From contig NZ_JBMCYZ010000006.1 in NCBI RefSeq assembly GCF_048654605.1, positions 29,727-61,726 on the forward strand: a DNA stretch of 32,000 nt, written 5' to 3'. Below the pieces are notes generated by a model. The model saw only the letters and a program-made list of their open reading frames with translations, did no database searches and had not been told where the DNA came from. Below are positions 25,657-32,000 of the stretch, piece by piece. Every line of letters begins with the position of its first letter. Within the stretch, counting starts at the first letter, position 1. The position numbers and the translations under genes were made by a program. Source of the stretch: Nocardioides sp. CPCC 206347 (GTDB taxonomy: Bacteria; Actinomycetota; Actinomycetes; Propionibacteriales; Nocardioidaceae).

Positions 25657-27237
25657 TCAGGACGGTCCATTCAGCGACCGCACGCCTGTGCGGTACACCT
25701 CGTCGAGGATCTCGGCCTGCCGTTCCCACGTCCAGTCCGAGAGCGGAACCCGGTCGTCGTACGCGCTGCGGTAGCGAGCCGGATCGGCCAGGACGGCCTG
25801 GGTGGCGCGGGTGAAGTCCGCGACGTCGTCGGCCACGAAGACCTCGCCCTGCCCCGTCGCCTTCACCTGCGACGACATGGCGCGCACGTCGCTGACCACG
25901 ATCGGCAGCCGGGCGTGGCTGTACTCGAAGAACTTGGTGATCAGCGCGATCTCGTGGTTCGGGAAGTGCTGGATCGGGATCAGGCCGATGTCGGCGGACG
26001 AAAGGTACTCCACGACGTGCTCGGGGGCGACGTACGGCAGCAGATGCAGCCGGTCCGCGACGCCCAGCTCCTGCGCACGTTCGACGACCTCCACCACGGG
26101 AGCCGACTCGGGTACGGCGACGACGAGGGCAACGTGCACGCCGGGCAGGGCCGGCAGCGCCTCGATCACCGTGCCGAGTCCGCGCTGCCGCGACGGCGAC
26201 CCGCTGTAGACGAGGATCGGGGTCTCGGGTCCGACGCCGCAGAGCTCGCGCACACCCGGACGAGCCGAGCCGTCATCGGTGGCGATGGTCGGGCAGTTCA
26301 GCACGACCGAGGGCGTCCGCGACAGGCCGTGCCGTTCCACCAGCAGCTCGGCGAGCTCGCCGGAGACGGTGACCACCTCGTCGGCGTACGCCGCGAACTC
26401 GCGCTCGTGGGCCATCTGCGCGACGTGCCACCGCGGGTGGTCGTTCCACGGCTTGGCGCCGGGGAGGAACTCGTGGGCGTCCCAGACCAGGGCGATCTTC
26501 CGGCCCTGCATCACCCCACGCATCTTCGCGCGGGCTCCGGCGCCGAGCATCCGGAAGTCGTTGGCATGGATGACGTCCGGACGGAGCTTGTCGATCGCCG
26601 GGCCGTACGCCGCTTCGAAGTCCCACAGGTGGCTGTCGAGCTGCCGCCAGGCCTTCGGCCCGCGGACCTTGACGTGGAACCAGGTGGCGGCGCGGTCCAG
26701 CGGTGCGGTCTGGGTACGGCGCTTGCGGCGTACCGACTCGGTGGCCCGCGACCGCAGGCCGACCAGGTCCCCGAGGGCCTTGGCCAGCGCGCGGCGCGGG
26801 AGCTGGCTGACCGGCTGCGCGCGATGCAGGGTGCGGTCCTTGGCGAGCGCCGCGTTCCGGGCCCGAGCCAGGCGCAGGGTCACGTCCGCCCGGCGCCGGT
26901 CCGCCGCGAGCTGCTGCTGGCGCTCGCGCTCCTGCGAGCCGAAGGCCAGCGGATTGCGCCAGCGCGGGCTGCGTGCTTCGTACGGGCGTCGGTGGGTGGT
27001 GACCTTCAGCAGCCGCACCTGGGCGCCGCCGATCTCCCATCGTGCGGTCTCGCCGCGCGGGGCCAGCCCGAGGACGCGGACGTCCCAGCCGTGCTCGGCC
27101 ATGGACCGCGCCTGCTTCTGCACCCGCGAGTCCCGACGGACGTCGTTGTCGACCAGGATCACCACGCGCGGGCGCCGGGCGGACGCGTCGTCGTCAGCCG
27201 GGACGTCGTCGGTTCGAGCATCGCCGGGCGGCAACAT
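25657..27237 (-). CDS. GT4-family glycosyltransferase with a ~125-aa Arg-rich insertion in the N-terminal half
   Basis: ATG 27237 (SD GGGGAG 9 nt upstream) inside track ORF 25657-28509. 526 aa. RVVILVDNDVRRDSRVQKQARSMAEHGWDVRVLGL (beta1-alpha1). C-terminal half ILVYSGSPSRQRGL...FPNHEIALITKFFEYSHARLPIVVSD. Confidence 0.8.
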   Translation of the reverse strand: MLPPGDARTDDVPADDDASARRPRVVILVDNDVRRDSRVQKQARSMAEHGWDVRVLGLAPRGETARWEIGGAQVRLLKVTTHRRPYEARSPRWRNPLAFGSQERERQQQLAADRRRADVTLRLARARNAALAKDRTLHRAQPVSQLPRRALAKALGDLVGLRSRATESVRRKRRTQTAPLDRAATWFHVKVRGPKAWRQLDSHLWDFEAAYGPAIDKLRPDVIHANDFRMLGAGARAKMRGVMQGRKIALVWDAHEFLPGAKPWNDHPRWHVAQMAHEREFAAYADEVVTVSGELAELLVERHGLSRTPSVVLNCPTIATDDGSARPGVRELCGVGPETPILVYSGSPSRQRGLGTVIEALPALPGVHVALVVAVPESAPVVEVVERAQELGVADRLHLLPYVAPEHVVEYLSSADIGLIPIQHFPNHEIALITKFFEYSHARLPIVVSDVRAMSSQVKATGQGEVFVADDVADFTRATQAVLADPARYRSAYDDRVPLSDWTWERQAEILDEVYRTGVRSLNGPS

Positions 27238-27345
27238 CGCGTTGGGCTCCCCACTGTGGATCGTGCGGTCCCGGGTTCGGGACGGCACCGCCGTACGATA
27301 CCGAGGCGCGTCGCTTCTCCCGATTTCGCCTGCGAAAGGATTTTC

Positions 27346-28668
27346 TTGAACACCGACAGGCCCCGACGGCTCCTGTTCCTCGCCTTCGGGTTCCCGCCCG
27401 CGTTGAAGAGCTCCTCGTACCGGCTTCGGGAGATCGCGAACACCTTCGCTGCTGCCGGCTGGCAGGCGACCGTCCTCAACGCGGCACGGGAGATGTGGGA
27501 GAACGAGTTCGGCCTGGACGAGTCCTTGCTGGACAACGTGGACCCGTCGATCCGGGTGATCGAGCTCCCGCTCGCCCGGGCCGACCTGGAGACGGACATC
27601 CGCACCTTCGACGAGGCGCGGGCGCTGACCCCGGGACGCTGGTTGAAGGAGTGGCGGGAGAAGAACGAGGAGTCGTTCCCGGAACCGACCTTCGGTGGCT
27701 GGCGCGACGACCTGGAGCGCGTGGTGGTGGACCTGCATCGCGAGGACCCGTTCGACCTGGTCCTGGTGAGCTGTGTCCCGTACGTCTCCCTGGCTGCTGC
27801 GTTGCGCCTGCACGAGGAGCACCAGGTGCCGATGGCCGTCGACTTCCGCGACGGCTGGTCGGTCGACGTGATCCATGGGGGCGAGGCCTTCGAGAGGGAC
27901 TCGATCAGCGGCCAGTGGGAACAGCGGGCGCTCGAGGCCACGACGTCGTTGTGGCTGGTCAACGAACCGATCGCCGATCACTATCGCCACCGGTATCCGG
28001 AGCTGACGGACAAGGTCCGCGTCGTCCGCAACGGATTCGACCGGGACAGCATCCCCACCGCGATCCCGCAGCCTCCGGTCGGGCCGCTGCGCTTCGGCTA
28101 CCTCGGCACGATCAACTTCCGGCCCGAGTTCGTCAGCACCGTCCTGGGCGCATGGCGTGAGGCGCGCGCGACCAACCCGCTGCTCGAGGGCGCGACGTGG
28201 GACTGGCGGGGCAACCTCGGCGCCGGCGCGGTGCGCGGTTCCTCGGTCGTGCTGGAGCAGCTGATCGCAGCGGAAGCCGACGGAGTCACGTACGGCGGCC
28301 CGGTGCCCAAGCGCGATGTCGGGGAGTTCTACGGCAGCCTGGACGCCGTGACCTTCATGGTCATCGGCGGTGCGTTCATGACGTCCGGCAAGGTCTACGA
28401 GTGCATGGCGACGGCCCTGCCGATCGTCTCGGCCCACGAGGTACGGCACGACGCATCGACCCTGCTCGAGGGCTATCCCTTGTGGACCGGGGTGGCCGGG
28501 CTCGACCACGACTTCCTGGTCTCCGCGTTCGGCCGCGCTGCCGAGCTCGCGCTCGGTGCTGACGACGCGTTGCGTCGCTCCGCCCGCGACTACGCCGAGC
28601 AGTTCGAGCGGAGCCGGATCATGATCGATGCGGTGTCCGCACTCACCGACAAGGTGGCCCCCCGATGA
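27346..28668 (+). CDS. GT-B glycosyltransferase
   Basis: TTG 27346 with AAGGA 6 nt upstream, inside track ORF 25915-28668; GTG 27256 is an alternative start. RRLLFLAFGFPPALKSSSYRLREIANTFAAAGWQATVL (beta1-alpha1). C-terminal MTSGKVYECMATALPIVS motif. 440 aa. Confidence 0.7.
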   Translation: MNTDRPRRLLFLAFGFPPALKSSSYRLREIANTFAAAGWQATVLNAAREMWENEFGLDESLLDNVDPSIRVIELPLARADLETDIRTFDEARALTPGRWLKEWREKNEESFPEPTFGGWRDDLERVVVDLHREDPFDLVLVSCVPYVSLAAALRLHEEHQVPMAVDFRDGWSVDVIHGGEAFERDSISGQWEQRALEATTSLWLVNEPIADHYRHRYPELTDKVRVVRNGFDRDSIPTAIPQPPVGPLRFGYLGTINFRPEFVSTVLGAWREARATNPLLEGATWDWRGNLGAGAVRGSSVVLEQLIAAEADGVTYGGPVPKRDVGEFYGSLDAVTFMVIGGAFMTSGKVYECMATALPIVSAHEVRHDASTLLEGYPLWTGVAGLDHDFLVSAFGRAAELALGADDALRRSARDYAEQFERSRIMIDAVSALTDKVAPR

Positions 28669-30653
28669 GCGCGGTCGTGCTGTTCGTCGGAACCCGCCAC
28701 GAGCCTCGCTTCCTGGCCGACGTGGTCCGCCAGTTCGAGGACCGCGGGGCGCAGGTCACCCTGGTGTCGGTCCCGTCCGTCGACGTACCGGTCGGTCCCG
28801 GGACCGAGGTGCGGCTCATCAACGAGGTCTCGGAGGGTCACCCGCCCGCCTTCTGGCGACGCAGCATCGTGGTCATCCCGCCGCGCCGGATGTGGTTCGA
28901 GATCGAGCGCGACGCATGGACCGTCCAGCGTGCGTTGGCCGCTGACCTCCTCGTTGCGGTCGACAACCGCGCCGTCTTCGCGGTCTGGCGCCTGGCCCAG
29001 CGCAATCCCCGGGCCGCGGCCCGGGCGGGCGTCTACGCCGGGCTCCAGTCACTCGACCGCCTCGGCGCCACGCCGGCCGTCGACCAGCCGGCGACGGACG
29101 CCGCGGCGGCGCCGAGGTCCACGCCCGACGTGCCCCAGCCGGAACAGCCGTCCTGGGTGGTCCGGGGCCGGCGCAAGGCCCGGCGCGTCGCCGGGCGGGT
29201 GCGTCGCTCGGCCACGAGGGTCCGGAGGCCCGAGGCTCCGCCGCCCGCCGTCGAGGAGACGCGGGTGCGGGCCGACGAGCTCGGCACCGTCGCCTTCGCG
29301 GAGCTCGCGGCAGCACGGGTTCCGGCGAACCTCACCGACGCGGTCGCCGCCGAGCTCGCGCACGCCGACCAGCTGCTGGCCGCAGGGGAGACCCGCAACG
29401 CGCTGGGGTCCTTCCTCACCGCGACGCGGCTCGCCTTCTACCCGGGCATCCACTTCGACTCGCTGGAGTCCCCCCTCGCGGCCGACCCGTCCGGGTTCAC
29501 CGCGGCGCTGAAGGACAGCGAGGTGCTGCGCCGGCTGGCGACCCCTGCCGGACGCCGGCACCCGGCGGAGCCGGTCGATGCGGGCCGCCCACCCCGGGTG
29601 GTGATCGTGTCGAGCGGGAACACCAACTTCGTCGGGGCGATCACCGCGCGCCTCGAGCGCGACCGGGGTGCCGAGGTCAGGATCCTCGGCCCGGCCGAGC
29701 TCGGGATCCAGGGTGGCATGAACCCGATCCTCCAGTCCCTCATCAACGGCGACGGCCGTGCCGTGGAGATGGCCGAGGAGCGGCTCCGCGAGCACTACGA
29801 CTGGGCCGACGTCGTCCTCATCGAGTGGTGCACGCCGACGGCGGCCTTCGCGACGTTGGCCGACCCGGGCACCGCACGGGTGGTGCTGCGGCTGCACAGC
29901 TTCGAGGCGTGGACCCTGTGGCCCCACCTGGTCGACTTCTCCCGCGTCGACGAGGTCGTCTTCGTCAGCGAGCACCTGCGCGAGCTGAGCCAGGCCGCCG
30001 TGCCCGCCCTGGCCGCCCATCCGGCGGTCGCCGTGGTCCCGAACGTGATCGACCTGGGCGGCTACGACCGGGCCAAGGACGAGGACGCCCGCTTCACGCT
30101 CGCGCTGATCGGCATTTCCGCGGTCGCCAAGGACGTGCGGTGGGCCATCGACGTCGTACGCCGGTTGCACGCGCACGACGAGCGCTACCGGCTGCTCCTG
30201 TTCGGGGACGACCTGGCGAACACCGGCTCCGCCATCGGCCGTGCGTACGACGCCGGGTACTTCGCCGACCTGAACGAGCTGGAGCCACGCGGCGTCGTCG
30301 AGCGTCGCGGCTACACCAACGACGTGCCCGGGGCGCTCCGCGAGGTCGGCGTCATCCTCAGCTCATCGGTGCGCGAGAGCGCGCACCTCGTCGTCGTGGA
30401 GGGTGCCGCCAGCGGCGCCGTACCGGTGGTGCGGGACTGGCCGTTCTTCGCCCACAGCGAGCACGGGGCACGCACCTTCTACCCCACACCGTGGGTGGTG
30501 GGCTCCGTCGAGGAGGCCGTCGCCCGCGTCCTGGCGACCACGGGGACCGCCGAACAGTGGCAGGCCGAGTCGGCGGCGGCTCGCCACGCGGCCGACCAGT
30601 GGGACGTGGCCGCGACGGGACCGGCCTTCGACGCGGCCCTGTTCGGGAAGTGA
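28665..30653 (+). CDS. Two-part protein: ~310-aa N-terminal region of unknown function plus a complete C-terminal GT4-like GT-B domain
   Basis: 662-aa ORF. ATG overlaps the upstream stop (ATGA 28665-28668). The GT domain starts at about PRVVIVSSGNTNFVGAITARL and includes GVILSSSVRESAHLVVVEGAASGAVPVV (E-x7-E). The N-terminal part has no motif I recognise and contains the basic stretch VVRGRRKARRVAGRVRRSATRVRRPE. Confidence 0.7.
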   Translation: MSAVVLFVGTRHEPRFLADVVRQFEDRGAQVTLVSVPSVDVPVGPGTEVRLINEVSEGHPPAFWRRSIVVIPPRRMWFEIERDAWTVQRALAADLLVAVDNRAVFAVWRLAQRNPRAAARAGVYAGLQSLDRLGATPAVDQPATDAAAAPRSTPDVPQPEQPSWVVRGRRKARRVAGRVRRSATRVRRPEAPPPAVEETRVRADELGTVAFAELAAARVPANLTDAVAAELAHADQLLAAGETRNALGSFLTATRLAFYPGIHFDSLESPLAADPSGFTAALKDSEVLRRLATPAGRRHPAEPVDAGRPPRVVIVSSGNTNFVGAITARLERDRGAEVRILGPAELGIQGGMNPILQSLINGDGRAVEMAEERLREHYDWADVVLIEWCTPTAAFATLADPGTARVVLRLHSFEAWTLWPHLVDFSRVDEVVFVSEHLRELSQAAVPALAAHPAVAVVPNVIDLGGYDRAKDEDARFTLALIGISAVAKDVRWAIDVVRRLHAHDERYRLLLFGDDLANTGSAIGRAYDAGYFADLNELEPRGVVERRGYTNDVPGALREVGVILSSSVRESAHLVVVEGAASGAVPVVRDWPFFAHSEHGARTFYPTPWVVGSVEEAVARVLATTGTAEQWQAESAAARHAADQWDVAATGPAFDAALFGK

Positions 30654-30745
30654 ACAGCGCCGCGTCGTTTCCCTGACACGCGCCCGGCATGATTAGGTCG
30701 GGTGCGTTGGCGCGAGCCTGCAAGCAGTACGACGAGAGGACAAGA

Positions 30746-31840
30746 ATGACCGACTCCGCGATTCAGAACATCCCGGCCGCCCGGCCGGTGATCGACGAGT
30801 CCGACATCCAGGCCGTTGTCGACGTCATGCGCTCCGGCATGGTGGTCCAGGGCCCGCAGGTGAAGGCGTTCGAGGAGGAGTTTTCTGCCGTCGTCGACGG
30901 GCGCCACTGCGTCGCCGTCAACAGCGGTACGTCGGCACTGCACCTCACGCTGCTCGCCCTCGGCTTCGGCCCGGGCGACGAGGTGATCTGCCCGTCGTTC
31001 ACGTTCGCCGCGACGGCCAACGCGATCCGGCTCGTCGGTGCGACCCCGGTCTTCGCGGACATCCAGCCCGACACGTTCAACATCGACCCGGCCGCCGTCG
31101 AGGCGCTCGTGGGCCCGAGGACCGTCGCGATCATGCCGGTCCACCTCTACGGCCTGCCTGCTGACATGACGGCCCTCAACGCGATCGCGGAGCGCCACAA
31201 CCTGGCCGTCGTCGAGGACGCCGCGCAGGCCCACCTCGCGGCGATCGACGGTCGCCCGGTCGGCTCGCTCGGCGTCGCCGGCTGCTTCAGCTTCTACCCG
31301 ACCAAGAACATGCACTCCCTCGAGGGCGGCATGATCACCACGGCCGACGCCGAGCTCGCCCGCCAGCTGCGCCTGCTGCGCAACCAGGGCATGGAGCAGC
31401 GCTACGCCAACGAGGTCGTCGGCACCAACACCCGGATGACCGACGTCGCCGCAGCCGTGGGCCGCAACCAGCTCCGCCGCCTCGCGGGCTGGACGGACCA
31501 GCGTCGGGCCAACGCCGCGACCCTGACCGCCGGGATCACCGCGGCGGCCACGCCCGTCGTGCCCGAGGGCTACCTCCACTCGTACCACCAGTACACCGTC
31601 CGTTCGGCCGAGCGCGACGCGCTGCAGGCACGGCTCACCGAGCAGGGCATCGGCAGCGCGACGTACTACCCGACGCCGGTGCACCGCCTGAAGCCGTTCC
31701 TCACCGAGGCCGGCGTGCCCGACCCGCGCTGGGAGCTCCCGGAGACCGAGAAGGCCGCGCTGGAAGCGCTGTCGCTGCCGGTGTTCCCGACCCTCACCGC
31801 CGAAGAGCTCGACCGCATCGTCGTGGCGGTCAACGCATGA
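30746..31840 (+). CDS. DegT/DnrJ/EryC1/StrS-family PLP sugar aminotransferase (second copy, different subfamily)
   Basis: ATG 30746 with SD GAGAGGA, inside track ORF 30689-31840. ARPVIDESDIQAVVDVMRSGMVVQGPQVKAFEEEF. PLP-lysine context CFSFYPTKNMHSLEGG, plus LRNQG. 364 aa. Confidence 0.9.
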   Translation: MTDSAIQNIPAARPVIDESDIQAVVDVMRSGMVVQGPQVKAFEEEFSAVVDGRHCVAVNSGTSALHLTLLALGFGPGDEVICPSFTFAATANAIRLVGATPVFADIQPDTFNIDPAAVEALVGPRTVAIMPVHLYGLPADMTALNAIAERHNLAVVEDAAQAHLAAIDGRPVGSLGVAGCFSFYPTKNMHSLEGGMITTADAELARQLRLLRNQGMEQRYANEVVGTNTRMTDVAAAVGRNQLRRLAGWTDQRRANAATLTAGITAAATPVVPEGYLHSYHQYTVRSAERDALQARLTEQGIGSATYYPTPVHRLKPFLTEAGVPDPRWELPETEKAALEALSLPVFPTLTAEELDRIVVAVNA

Positions 31841-32000
31841 CGCTGAAGGCCGGTCTGGTGGGCCTGGGCGCCATGGGGCGCAACCACGCACGCATCCTGT
31901 CGATCCTCGACGACGTCGAGTTCGTCGGTGCCGCCGACGCGGTCGTCACCGACCAGCGCGTCTCGCACGGAGCGCCGATCGTCCCCGACGTCGACGCCCT
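31837..32000 (+). CDS. Gfo/Idh/MocA-family NAD(P)-dependent sugar oxidoreductase (N-terminal fragment, continues past the right edge)
   Basis: ATG 31837 overlaps the aminotransferase stop (ATGA). My translation MTLKAGLVGLGAMGRNHARILSILDDVEFVGAAD... contains the Rossmann GxGxxG typical of this family. Confidence 0.7.
   Translation, partial: MTLKAGLVGLGAMGRNHARILSILDDVEFVGAADAVVTDQRVSHGAPIVPDVDA

Noticed and set aside
25655-25729. Longer start (25729) for the AT3-SGNH gene
   Set aside because: It would overlap the upstream GT by 73 nt and add a hydrophilic Arg-rich extension. GTG 25654 lies 2 nt after the GT stop and immediately precedes the conserved AT3 N-terminus.
18180-32000. Glycan locus as a recent horizontally acquired genomic island
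   Set aside because: There is no visible drop in GC or change in codon style. There is no integrase, transposase or tRNA, and there are no direct repeats at the folE junction. The right boundary is outside the window, so this cannot be settled here.

Overview
This is a very GC-rich, GC3-dominated actinobacterial chromosomal segment. The protein gestalt suggests Propionibacteriales/Nocardioidaceae, but I cannot verify that here.

Positions 1-18.2 kb are core housekeeping:
- a divergent spermidine-synthase-like membrane protein;
- a TPP riboswitch driving a thiamine ABC importer (thiB-thiP-thiQ), with a PAP2-type membrane protein appended 9 nt downstream;
- a RipA-like NlpC/P60 wall hydrolase;
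- a translationally coupled acyl-CoA oxidase / SAM-methyltransferase / TetR unit;
- the classical actinobacterial block ppa <-> dacB, then Zn-metalloprotease-tilS-hpt-ftsH-folE.

Two phased short-repeat arrays bracket ppa/dacB and are the least explained non-coding signals. One is 3 x 21 bp at 10315-10377. The other is five ~22-nt units arranged >>> << at 12570-12685, overlapping a predicted leaderless promoter.

From 18.2 kb to the window end, where folP-folB-folK would be expected after folE, there is a >=13.8 kb surface-glycan locus in five alternating transcription units. It contains a WecF-like GT56 transferase, a NeuD/VioB-type N-acetyltransferase and two DegT-family aminotransferases. 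It also contains four GT-B glycosyltransferases (three with unusual Arg-rich, coiled-coil or unknown extra regions), two AT3 acyltransferases (one AT3-SGNH) and a Gfo/Idh/MocA oxidoreductase.

I recognised no mobile element, tRNA/rRNA or CRISPR. The long antisense ORFs in the track are GC artefacts. All coordinates of motifs were hand-indexed, and no searches were run.
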